DNA of 49,978 bases, taken from positions 73,406,279-73,456,256 of the forward strand of contig NC_068986.1 in assembly GCF_001194135.2 (NCBI RefSeq), given 5' to 3'. This DNA comes from Octopus bimaculoides (lineage: Eukaryota). The notes under the pieces were generated by a model, which saw nothing but the letters and a program-made list of their open reading frames with translations, had not been told where the DNA came from and ran no database searches. Of the stretch, positions 35,597 through 47,061 are shown in pieces. How positions within the stretch are numbered: position 1 is the stretch's first letter; the number at the start of each line of letters is the position of its first letter. The translations under genes were made by a program, and so were the position numbers.

Positions 35597-35990
35597 TAAG
35601 GTGGTGAGCTGGAAGAATTGTTAGCATGCTGGGCAAAATACTTTATGGTATTTCATCCATCTTTATGTTCTGAGTTCAAATTCTGCTGAGGTTGACTTTG
35701 CCTTTCATCCTTTCGGGGCAGATAAAACAAGTATCTGTTGAGTGTGAAGGTTGATGTAATTGACTTATCCCCTCCCCTGAAATTGCTGGCCTTGTACCAA
35801 AATTTAAAATTAATAATAACAATGATTTTTAATATTGGTATATGACCAACAAATTAGTATGTAACTGGTACTTGTTTTATTGTCTTGCCTTCTTGAAAGG
35901 GTAAAAAGTAAAAGTGACCTGGTGTGATTTGAACTAAATACTATAAGACATTTTGCATGACTCGTTAACACTTCTGCCAATGAACTGCTG
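35597..35990. mobile_element. Tail-to-tail SINE B pair (minus copy diverged)
   Basis: Plus copy 35597-35815, minus copy ~35830-35990. Confidence 0.7.
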
Positions 35991-36673
35991 TAATATTGAT
36001 AATATTTAAGATTACAGGAGCAAGGTATTTTTATGTAAAGACATAGAGAGTAAAACCAGCAAGTCATGTTACTATTTATTTAGTAAATGAGGCAAGATGA
36101 TAATCAAAGATGAATCATGTAGAATATGTACTCAGTAACAAAGTAAATGGTACATCTTCTAGTCTGTTATTCTATAATTAGTCTCAAATCTTCAGGAATA
36201 ATTATAATAATGATAATAATAATAATAATAATAATGCCATCATTTTATTAGATTTAATAATATCTCTAAGACTATCATGTTTAATTAAGTTGCAAAGATA
36301 GATGAGTGTTTAATTAATTATTTCTGTAATTAAGTCTCAATCTAGTGTTGAAACGTTATCTCCTCATCTTTACTGAAAGAAATTTCATATATTCCTATTA
36401 TTGTTAAAGGATATATGTAACAGAATATTGACTTCTTCATTATCAACCACGTATTTTTTTTCCCCTCTTTTAAAGAGATATCAACCATAATTTTTTTTTT
36501 TTTTTTTTTAAGAGATATGAGATCTCTTAGAAAATCATCTCTGTACCAGGAGTAGTATGGCAACAACCCAAATTTTACTTATGAATTTGATCCTCTTTGA
36601 GAAATACTTAAATGGCAGCCTGATAGACAACATTAGATTTTATTTGAACATAGGTAATGGACCNNNNNNNNNN

Positions 36674-36714
<41 letters not shown>

Positions 36715-36716
<2 letters not shown>

Positions 36717-37096
36717 TCTTTTACTTGTTTCAGTCAATTGACTGCGGCCATGCTGGAGCATCGCCTTTAGTCGAGCAGATCTTTGTAAGCCTAGTACTTA
36801 TTCTATCAGTATCTTTTTGCCGAACCACTAAGTTATGGGGACGTAAACACACCAGCATCGGTTGTCAAGCGATGCTGGGGGGACAAACATAGACACACAA
36901 ACATATATACACACACATACATATATATATACATATATATGACGGGCTTCTTTCAGTTTCCGTCTACCAAATCCACTCACAAGGCTTTGGTCGGCCCGAG
37001 GCTATAGTAGAAGACACTTGCCCAAGGTGCCACGCAGTGGGACTGAACCCAGAACCATGTGGTTGGTAAGCAAGCTACTTACTACACAGCCACTCC
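36715..37096 (-). mobile_element. SINE family A, young, head runs into the gap
   Basis: High identity to the reverse complement of 8072-8444 and to 43592-43966. Confidence 0.9.
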
Positions 37097-37604
37097 NNNN
37101 NNNNNNNNNNNNNNNNNNNNNNNNNNNNNNNNNNNNNNNNNNNNNNNNNNNNNNNNNNNNNNNNNNNNNNNNNNNNNNNNNNNNNNNNNNNNNNNNNNNN
37201 NNNNNNNNNNNNNNNNNNNNNNNNNNNNNNNNNNNNNNNNNNNNNNNNNNNNNNNNNNNNNNNNNNNNNNNNNNNNNNNNNNNNNNNNNNNNNNNNNNNN
37301 NNNAATGTTGGAAAATGAGAATGAATGCTCAACACTGCATTGGTGGACAGATGATATATATATATACTGTTGTGTTTGGGGAATCCAAAAACGAAATATA
37401 TATATATATATATCATCAGTAAGTTTCGTATATCTGAAAAAGAAGCACACTCTGAAGTATTGGAGCAGTAATGTATATTTTTTGGAAGTTGAAAGTTTTG
37501 GCTGGTCATAAAGTGACCATAGGTTTTGCACCTATAAAGTGCTTAGCAGTATAGGTGACTCATCAAACTCAAATGGCTGAAGGCACATAACCACTCTACA
37601 ACAA

Positions 37605-38030
37605 AAAGTGGCCATGCTGGAGTACTGCCTTAAAGGGTGTTTTAGCTGAAGAAATCAACCCCAGGTCATATTCTTTGTAAGCCTAGTATTTATTTTATTG
37701 GTCCTTTTTGCCAAACTGCTAAGTTATGGGGATATAAACATACCCGCATCAGGTGTCAAGTGATGGCTGGATGTAGGGACACAAACACAGACAAAAAGAG
37801 GCCTTTTACTTGTTTAAGTTATTGGACTTTGGCCATACTGAGGTAGTACTTTGAAGGGTTTTTAATTTAACAAATCAACCCTAGTATTCATTTATTTTTT
37901 TTAAAGCCAGGTACTTATTCTATTGGTCTCTTTTGCCAAACTGCTAAGCTATTGAGATGTAAACAACCCAGCAATGGTTGTCAAACAGTTGAATGGGAAG
38001 TGGTGGGGAAACACAGACACAAAGGTAAAT
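37605..38030 (-). mobile_element. Two tandem 3' halves of SINE family A
   Basis: ggccat.ctg..cctag..tattgg..ttttgccaaactgctaag..aaacacagaca, twice. Confidence 0.75.
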
Positions 38031-38084
38031 ACCCATGCACACACATGTATGTATGTATGTATTTATGTATATATGTATATATGT

Positions 38085-38432
38085 GGAGACGCAATGGCCT
38101 AGTGGTTAGGGCAGCGGACTCACAGTCATAGGATCGTGGTTTCGATTCCCAGACTGGGTGTTGTGAGTGTTTATTGAGTGAAAACACCTAAAGCTCCACG
38201 AGGCTGCGGCAGGGGATGGTGGCGAACCCTTCCTGTTTCTGTTGTGCCTGTAATTCAAAGGGTCAGCCATGTCACACTGTGTCACACTGAATATCCCTGA
38301 GAACTACGTTAAGGGTACACGTGTCTGTGGAGTGCTCAGCCACTTGCATGTTAATTTCATGAGCAGGCTGTTCAGTTGATCGGATCAACTGGAACCCTCG
38401 ACGTTGTAAGCGACGGAGTGCCAACAACAACA
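38085..38432 (+). mobile_element. SINE family C with a ~40-bp internal deletion
   Basis: ggcgaaccct joins directly to tcctgtttct at ~38230, unlike the 18286 copy. Confidence 0.9.
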
Positions 38433-38472
<40 letters not shown>

Positions 38473-38990
38473 TTTCTGCAATGATTTGAGTAGTGATGAA
38501 GAGTGACAATTTTAAAAATAGTAATAATATTTTATAAGTGTAAAGCTTAAAAGCAACCACTGTGTATTGACTAAAGAAAATAGTCTAATATTGGGGCTTA
38601 TAAATACACACACACATACACACACACACATAAACACACAGGTACAACAAGCTTCCATACAGTTTCTGTGTACCATGTTCACTAATGAGGCATTGGTTGA
38701 GCTGGGGCTAGAAGACAGTTGCCATAGTTACTGTGCGGACGGAGTGAACCAGAAACCATGTAGTTGAAAAGTGGGATTCTTAACCATATAGCCATGTCTG
38801 CATCTACCATCATCACATAACATCTTTTTCCCATGCTGGCATGGGTTGGACAGTTTGACAGGAACTGACCAGGCAGAAGACTGCAGCACACTTCCATGTT
38901 TGTTTTGGCAGGGTTTTTACAGCTGGATGCAATTCCTTACACTGACTACCTTACAGAGTGAACTGAGTGCTTTTTAATATAGCACCAGCA

Positions 38991-39064
<74 letters not shown>

Positions 39065-39119
39065 ATTGATATAGACAACAGCCTGCAATGTGTTACTGAA
39101 AAGGAATACTATAATTGTC

Positions 39120-39430
39120 ACTAAGTATGACTAGGGTGTTAGAACGCCTACATTGCTAGAAATAAGAGCTAAAAGTTCCAATGTAGTTAAAGCACATAAT
39201 TGTATACATATGTACTGACAGGAACTGTAATCGCCTGAACCTACTCATGAGGTTACAGAATCAGCTGAAACTGACCGGTCAATATTGGGAATTCTTGACC
39301 GGTACTTTTGGGGGATTACAGTCCCTGTTAGTACATATGTATACAATTATGTGCTTTAACTATAGCATTGGAGCTTTTTAGCTATTATTTCTAACAATGT
39401 AGGTGTTCTAACATCCTAGTCATACTTAGT
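39120..39430. mobile_element. Foldback with ~115-bp arms and a decayed hammerhead in the spacer (probable Penelope-like relic)
   Basis: ACTAAGTATGACTAGG...GTAATCGCC vs reverse complement of GGGGATTAC...CCTAGTCATACTTAGT; spacer CTCATGA-GGTT..AGCT-GAAAC-TGACCGGTCA-ATA. Confidence 0.7.
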
Positions 39431-39565
39431 ATTTATTTATATATATGAATTTAAATAATAAGGGTGAAAAATTGAATATTAATTTGATTAATATCAATTT
39501 AAAACCTGTGGCCTAGCATATTGAAAAAATCTGAAGATTCAGAAAAATTATATTACATACATATA

Positions 39566-39828
39566 AGAGGGATGACCACTAAGTGGACATCCAATATGCT
39601 AGATGTAGACCCCATATGGTCTGACCACTAAGAAAACATTGTTCTCAAGAAAATTCAGCAAACGCCAGAACGTAAGTGAGCAAGACAAATGAAAAGATAC
39701 AAAATATAAAGATTAGTCATGTACCCGGTTTCATTGTTACCACTTACATAATACATACATAAATTGTGGTCAGACCATATGGGCTCTACATCTAGCATAT
39801 TGGATGTCCACTTAGTGGTCATCCCTCC
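39566..39828. mobile_element. Element with 63-bp terminal inverted repeats flanked by TA
   Basis: 39566-39628 vs 39766-39828 with 2 mismatches; TA at 39564-65 and 39829-30. Confidence 0.8.
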
Positions 39829-39867
<39 letters not shown>

Positions 39868-40145
39868 ACTGCTTAATAATCTCAATGGTGGCAATGCAAG
39901 TGGAAACTAGAAGAACATAATTAATAACCACACTCAAAATCAAATATATGCATATATTCTTCTACATTTATAAAATGGATATAAAAATTCCAAATATATA
40001 AATACAAAAATACATATAAATAGATAAATATCGATGTGATACATAGAACACAGTGAATTTTAGATTTAGAATTTATAATACATTGGTGTAGTCTGTATTT
40101 TATTTGCTGGTATTGTTAACACTAGCAATCTCAAAATAAAGCAGT

Positions 40146-40690
40146 GTATTAACAGTTGAGGGAACCCGTGGAAGAGGTAGGCCCAGGAAGACCTGGGCTG
40201 AGGTGGTGAGGCAAGACCTTCGTACATTGGGCCTCACCGAGGCGATGACTACGGACCGAGACCTTTGGAAATGGGCTGTGCGTGAGAAGACCCGGCAAGC
40301 CAAGTAAGATCGTTGCCAGTGCCCCTGGACTGGTTCTTGTGCGGGTGGCACATGAGATGCACCATTTTGAGCGTGGCCGTTGCCAGTACCGCCTGACTGG
40401 CTCCTGTAGGATTTTCGAGCGAGATCGTTGCCAGTGCCCCTGGACTGGCTTGTGCGGGTGGCACATAAAAGACACCATTTCGAGCGTGGCCGTTTTCGTG
40501 CGGGTGACACGTAAAAGCACCCACTACACTCTCTGAGTGGTTGGCGTTAGGAAGGGCATCCAGCTGTAGAAACTCTGCCAAATCGGACTGGAGCCTGGTG
40601 TTGCCATCCGGTTTCACCAGTCCTCAGTCAAATCGTCCAACCCATGCTAGCATGGAAAGCGGACGTTAAACGATGATGATGATGATGATG
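40146..40690 (+). mobile_element. 5'-truncated young RTE-clade LINE (ORF end, 3' UTR, (GAT)n tail)
   Basis: Open ORF end, internally repeated 3' UTR, ends GGACGTTAAAC(GAT)n. Confidence 0.9.
40152..40307 (+). CDS. C-terminal 51 codons of an RTE ORF (fragment, no start codon)
   Basis: TVEGTRGRGRPRKTWAEVVRQDLRTLGLTEAMTTDRDLWKWAVREKTRQAK*, matching the RTE motif GRGRPRxxWxxxVxxDLxxLGLxxxxxxDRxxW. Confidence 0.85.
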   Translation, partial: TVEGTRGRGRPRKTWAEVVRQDLRTLGLTEAMTTDRDLWKWAVREKTRQAK

Positions 40691-40769
40691 ATATATATAT
40701 ATGCACATATATATATGTACACACACATGCATGCCCAGACTGTGTATTTTAATGCAAATATTCTTTCAA

Positions 40770-41060
40770 GTATCCTGGCTGTGTCCTTCTTCAGTATCAT
40801 GATGTCTGGGATATTTCTATCATTCAGATATGGACTGGACAGTACCACATGTACCACTCATTTCAATCCTGTGTCAACTTGTATGTCACACTTATCATCT
40901 TGATGTATGATCTTACCATTTCTTTTTATGTCTTTGTTGACCTTTCTCTCCCAGTATTCTTCAATCATTTATCCATTCCATCTCAGTTCCCCTCCTGCAA
41001 TACTTTGGTCAATTCCTTTAATGTTCATTCTTTCATCTAACTTTTTGTCTCCACTTTTCT
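40770..41060 (-). pseudogene. Highly decayed RTE ORF fragment
   Basis: Minus strand KLDERMNIKGIDQSIAGGELRWNG*, resembling ELR.R..I..I...I...RLRW.GH. Confidence 0.45.
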
Positions 41061-41349
41061 TTACAAGTTAATATTGTAAACTTAAAGGTTCTTATTACCA
41101 ACCTCTGTTCTTTCTGTATTTAGCTATCCATAACTTATTGCTATGATACATTGAACTTCTAATGTAGGCTTCCAAGAAAGAGAAAGATTTTTGTTACTGA
41201 CTGACAGAAGTAGCTTGAACTTATTTCATTACACTCATTTCTAAATCTTTTAATGTATTTTTACTACAAGCAAATGCATGTAACACACTATTTCAAGAGA
41301 ACCATATGGCAATTTCAAGGATTCCATTGCTAACACACATATATGTATG

Positions 41350-41550
41350 TGTGTGTGTGTGTGTGTGTGTGTTGTTTTCTCCCCACCATCACCACTTGAC
41401 TTGGTGTGTTTTGAAGTCCTTGTAACTTAGCGGTTTGGCAAAAGAGAATAATAGAATAAATACCAGGCTTTAAAAAATAAGTACTGGGGTTAATTCATTT
41501 TTATAAGAGAAATTCTTGAAGGTGGTGCCCCAGCATGGTCACAGTCTAAT
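41350..41550 (+). mobile_element. SINE family A, 3' half (another at 42100-42350)
   Basis: (TG)n..cttgac..gtaacttagcggtttggcaaaagaga..ggtggtgccccagcatgg. Confidence 0.75.
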
Positions 41551-43394
41551 GATTGAAACTAGTAAAAGATACTCCTGGAGAACCTCGAGTGGTCTAGAAC
41601 CCTCTTTGACAACATTCTGGTAACCCCAGGGAAGTGGAGCTCTCTTGCCTTCTGAGGCAATTCACCTAGGAGAAGGCCGCTCCAGTGTAAAACCCACAGC
41701 TTGATGGTCATCGCAGCCGTCTTAACCTGTTGGGCCACTGAAGTCAGATTTCCAAATCTAAAGAGTGGGACTGGGTTGTCTTCACTGACTCTCACTTTAA
41801 AACAGATAAGTACAGATAAGAAGAAACGCCTTATAGCATCAAGGATTGATTTACATAGCTACTTGAGGGCATACTACTCTTCCTCATGATCTTTGGGCAT
41901 AAAAGAAGCTGTCATCACTCTTGTACATTCATCACATCCTATTAATTTGCTAGAGATCCCATTGCATGTTTTGAAAATTCTTTGAGGCTGAGTTACTTAC
42001 TGCTCTGTCTTCTCATATCAAGTAAAGCTACATCTAAATTCCATTGGAACTACATGCTTCCTATTTCTAACCATGATTGCATTAATTGATTGTGTGTGTA
42101 TGTATGTGTGTGTGTGTGTATGTCTTTGTTTGTCCCCCCCTCCCACCACTTGACAACCGGTGTTGGTCTGTTTATGTCCCTGTAACTTAGCTGTCTGGTA
42201 TAAGAGACCAATAGAAATAAATGTCAGGCTTAAAAAGAAAATAAGTATTGGTGTTGATTATTCATCTAAAAAATTCCCCATGGCAGTGCCCCAGTATGGC
42301 CACAGTTTAATGACTGAAACAAGTAAAAGATAAAAAAAAAATAAAAGATATTCTCAGTTGGTCATGCTTAAGAATCCAGCAAGAAAGCATAATGACTCTT
42401 CAGATGGGACTCTATAGAGGAGGTGCCTGAGGGGACCCTGCTTTCATGGCCCTCCAAAAGGAATAGTAAGTGGTAAAAATGAATTGCTGGATGTTTGTTT
42501 AGCAGTATTACAAAACAAAAAAAAAAAAAAAATTCAGGTTTTCTTACTTTGTAACCCAGTTAAAGATGGTGTTTGACAATGGTTCTTTGATTTATCAAAA
42601 CATATTATGCAACCTTACTACAAAAATTGTTTTCATGTACTTGTGTGACAAAACAAAACACATTGCCAGAGGGCACAGATTACCTAGAATGGGCTCCTGT
42701 TAATTCTTTATCTTTGTGCTATCATTCATTTGACAATAATCAAAGAAATCCTACTGTTGTCTCTCATATAGCGCTGGTTCATTTTACGTTATGGCAAACT
42801 ACAATTTAGCCCTTTTGTAAACCAGAGAACTCTTTTGCTTCTTTCATTCAATGAACTGTATTTTGAATCACAATAAAGAATAGCAGATACAAGTGCAAAT
42901 TGTGAAATAGATGAATGGTTAAAGTTACACAATAGAAGTTTTTGTTTGTTTTTTATTATGTGTGTGTGAGTGTGTGTGTGGATATGTGTATGTATATTTG
43001 TTCTTACATGCACACACACATAAACACATGGGAGAAGACAGAAATGTCAACGATAGAAACATCGTTTATGAATATTTACAGTGAGAAGAAAATAATCTTG
43101 TATCCAAGAAGAATCTTTATCTCTCATAGTGACATAGTAAACATGTCTTAACCAGTGAAAATAGATCTGTAGTCATTGACCTCTAGTAGGGTATATTTGA
43201 ATCAATTATATGTTTCCTGTATATGGGTAAATATATATATATATTTATATAGGTTTGCATGCCTCTGTATAAACAAACATCCATATGAATTGTGTGCATA
43301 CATCAAATATACCACCAGCCCAACCGTCACCACCACTACTGTCACTACCGTCATTGCTGTCTCCACTGCTGCCAACACTACCACCACTGTTGTT

Positions 43395-44230
43395 TGTCAT
43401 CATCATCATAATCCATCACTTTTTCCATACATGCACATGTTGAACAGGTTTCCTCGAACATAACATCTCCCCACTTGTTTCTTTCCTTCATCGTCTTTGT
43501 TAAAATTCAACACCCTGAGGTCAATCAGCTTTTTGTCTCTTCTCACCAATCTTCCACTTCCATAAGTTCTTTCCACATGGATTTCTTGGCACTTACTCTT
43601 TTACTTGTTTCAGTCATTTGATTGCGGCCATGCTGGAGCACTGCCTTTTAGTCGAGTAAATCGACCCCAGAACTTATTCTTTGTAAGCCTAGTACTTATT
43701 CTATCGGTCTGTTTTGCTGAACCGCTAAGTTACGGGGACGTAAATACACCAGCATCGATTGTCAAGCGATGTTGGGGAGACAAACACAGACACACAAACA
43801 CACACACATATATATATACATATACATATATACGATGGGCTTCTTTCAGTTTCCGTCTACCAAATCCACTCACAAGGCTTTGGTCGGCCCGAGGCTATAG
43901 TAGAAGACACTTGCCCAAGGTGCCACGCAGTGGGACTGAACCCGAAACCATGTGGTTGGTAAGCAATCTGTCATCTTCCATATATATCATGTCCCTATTG
44001 GTGCACTTTTCTTTCTTGCAGACTACATCTGATTCTTGCACCCATTTTTTTTTTCTTTAATCTCATATGTATGCCATTGTTCTTGCTTAGTAACATTACC
44101 CATCCTAGCTGAGCATGTTCACTTCATTTCTTTCTAATCTTACCAAATCCTCTGCATCCATTTCACTACTGTACAAGAATTGTGCTTCATACATATATGC
44201 AACAGAAGATGTTTTATACTAATGTACTAA
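43395..44230 (-). pseudogene. Old RTE LINE 3' fragment interrupted by a SINE A
   Basis: Minus strand FLYSSEMDAEDLVRLERNEVNML..LQERK..GH (44230-43970), resuming as DLRVLNFNK..RNKWGDVMFEET and a (GAT)n tail (43590-43395). Confidence 0.65.
43592..43966 (-). mobile_element. SINE family A, young, missing the first ~25 nt
   Basis: Near-identical to 36715-37096. Confidence 0.9.
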
Positions 44231-44267
44231 CACTGAGCATGATACACAGATGGCTATTTAAAACTAA

Positions 44268-44396
44268 TACTGCATCCAGCTGTAGAAACCATGCCAAAGC
44301 AGACAGTAGAGCTTAGTGCAGTCTTCTGAATTGTCAACTCCTGTCAAGCCATCCAACCTTTACGAGCATAGAAAATGGACATTAAATGATGATGAT
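44268..44396 (+). mobile_element. RTE 3' UTR terminal fragment
   Basis: gcatccagctgtagaaacc..catccaacc..gcatagaaaatggacattaaatgatgatg. Confidence 0.7.
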
Positions 44397-44399
44397 GTA

Positions 44400-44660
44400 T
44401 ATATTATTGTTGGTTTGTCCTTGTTACTCCATAAGGAGCACGGGGCTGGTTTCCCTGTTTCTCTGGTGTATACATTCCTCTTTGGCTGAGGTGCTGGTCC
44501 ATTACAGGATTACTAATTTTTACCAGCTGAGAGGAGCAGAGCAACGTGAAATGAAGTGTTTTACTCAAGAGTACATTGCATCACCCAGTCCAGGATTTGA
44601 AACCACAATGTTACGATTATGAGTCCAACACCCTAACCACTAAGCCATGTGCTTCTACAT
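44400..44660 (-). mobile_element. SINE related to family E with a different 3' part
   Basis: cagctgag..gagcaacgtgaaatgaagtg..ctcaagag..ccctaaccactaagccatg is shared with family E. Confidence 0.65.
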
Positions 44661-44874
44661 ATATAATAATTGTTGAATGTAACTAAATAAAGAATTATCT
44701 ATAAAGTAGATAAACAGTTTGCAAGACAAAGACATAACATGTGAATTGTCTGTAAGATTAAATTTTTCAAAAAATGTAACAAGAAACTATAAAAAATATA
44801 AATATAGAACAAAAGATATGTGTGAAAATAAAATATAAAAATAGAGAAAACTTGTATTTGCGTGTCTATAATAA

Positions 44875-45300
44875 TGTGTGTATGTGTGTGTGTGTGTGTA
44901 TAAAATTTGTGTTTCTATAGTTCTGTATATCTAATATGTGTGCATGTGTGGGTGTATAAAATTTGTGTGCTTCTGTATTTGTGAGTTTCTAACATGTGTG
45001 TGCATCTGTGTGTGTGTGTCTATAAAATTTGTGTGTTTCTATATTTGTGTATGTATATGTGTGCATCTGTGTGTGTGTTTGTGTGGGTGTATAAAATTTG
45101 TGTGCTTCTGTATTTGTGTGTCCTTAATATGTGTGTGCATCTGTGTGTGTATGTGTGTGTGTGTAGGTGTGTCTATAAAATTGGTGTGTTTCTATATTTG
45201 TGTATGTCTGTAGTATGTGTATGCGTGTGACTATAAAATTTGTGTTTTTGGGTTTATGTACCTCTGTAATATGTGTGTGCACCTGTGTGTATGTCTGCAT
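44875..45300. repeat. TG-rich minisatellite anchored by TATAAAATT, six units
   Basis: Anchors at 44899, 44955, 45021, 45090, 45174 and 45232. Confidence 0.85.
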
Positions 45301-45487
45301 GCATGTGCATATTTGAATGATTATTTAAACCTGTGTTTGTGGATATGATTGTGTAGTTGTGGGTGTGTATGCAGGACAATGTCTATGCACATGTTCACCT
45401 GGAGTGACGTACGTTAATGTTAGTATGAATTAATGTGAACAAGATTATGTAATTAGCAAACTCTGCCCCACTATGTTTTGCTCTCCC

Positions 45488-45525
<38 letters not shown>

Positions 45526-46069
45526 CATGTGTATGCCTTGAAAGGAAGTATGAACACTTGTTATAATAAGGTGACACTCTATGGTTCAAGGTTTCTATTG
45601 GGGTCCAAACCAGAATTGTGAAATCTGGGGTCACAGTATTCTTTGTTCTAAGTTATTCATGTGTGGTCACTACAAGATGAAATATCAACTACGTGTGTGT
45701 TTGTGTGCCGACTCATGCACACACACACACAGAGTGGTATATATGCTTCTTGATATAGCATCTATCATGTTTGTGTCATATATATATATATATATATATT
45801 GCCATCATCATAATCATCACCATAATCATTATAATTTTATGTTCACTTTTTCTATGCTTAGATGGGTCAGAAGGAGTTTGTCAAGGCAGATTTTATTCTT
45901 AGACCAGTTGCTCTTTCTGTTTGTCAACCCTCACCTGTTTCCAAGCGAGGTAATATTTCCTCATGACCAGACATGTTTTCAAGGGAAACTGGAAATGAAC
46001 AACACCATCTGTATAACAGTGGTATTCATTTACAATCATCACAAGACAAAGCTACAAACACACACGCAC

Positions 46070-46225
46070 AATGGGCTTCTTTCGATTTTCATCTAGCATA
46101 TCCACTCACAAGGCTTTGGTTGGCCCAGGGTGATTGCGAAAGACACTTGCCCAAAATACTAAGTAGTGTTATTGAACCCAATACGATATGGTTCGGAAGC
46201 AGGCTTCTCTACCATACAACTACGT
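46070..46225 (-). mobile_element. SINE family A, 5' half, diverged
   Basis: gggcttcttt..tccactcacaaggctttgg..gacacttgcccaa..gaacc. Confidence 0.7.
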
Positions 46226-46336
46226 AAGCATTCATATATACATATATTATACACCTGTATGCTGATGTAGCTTGGATACTAAATGTTGTATCATATTACC
46301 TTTTTCAGGTGGACTTAAAGTCTAAGAATAATAAAT

Positions 46337-46572
46337 GGGCAGCGAGCTGGCAGAAACGTTAGCACGCCGGGTGAAATGCTTAGTGGTATTTCGTCTGCTG
46401 TTACGTTCTGAGTTCAAATTCTGCCAAGGTTGACTTTGCCTTTCATCCTTTCAGGGTTAATTAAACAAGTACCGATTATATCGACTGGGGTCGATATAAT
46501 CAACTTAATCCGTTTGTCTGTCCTTGTTTGTCCCCTCTGTGTCTAGCCCCTTGTGGGTAGTAAAGAAATAAG
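46337..46572 (+). mobile_element. SINE family B with the alternative tail
   Basis: Young-looking head; tail ttaatccgtttgtctgtccttgtttgtcccctctgtgtctagccccttgtgggtagtaaagaaataag as at 1240-1300. Confidence 0.9.
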
Positions 46573-47061
46573 AGTAACAAATGGGAAGTGGACTCTTGTA
46601 CTTTTTGCTTGTTTCATTCATTTGACTGCAGCCATACTAGGGCACCTTATTCTTCATCCAAAGTTTTTTACTGGAATGAAGTGAAAGATCACTTCAAACA
46701 AGAATGAATATAGTATCACAAATTTAATTTATTAGAGTCTTACTTTCTGGTTTAAAGTCTTATTTTTGTACAAACAATGACAATGATGCACACAAGCCAG
46801 TAGGTGTGAGCTTCAATTTTGAAGACTTTATTTCATATAGGACAGGTTAGCTTATCTTGCCTCAGACTATATTACTATATTATCATCACTGATTAGGTTT
46901 CATTCAGATGTGCATACTAATTAAAACGCTTAGCAGTTATCCAGTGCTGCCACTGGTTACAACAGAAAGCTATATGATCTCATGACGTCTTTCTTCACAA
47001 ACACACACACACACACACACGTGTGTGCCTTCATACATGCATACATATATGTGTGTGTATT

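Noticed and set aside
27037-37531. Long ORFs in the track (YIYI, HTHT, CVCV, polyVal/polyPro, X-runs)
   Set aside because: They are translations of microsatellites and N-gaps with no protein-like content
41620-41700. Similarity to an RTE 5' UTR (gagctc..ctaggagaagg..aaaccc)
   Set aside because: Short, recollection-based match with no convincing downstream endonuclease motifs
42660-42680. CTCF-like GCCAGAGGGCAC
   Set aside because: The 5' part of the motif mismatches; a single weak hit in 50 kb is expected
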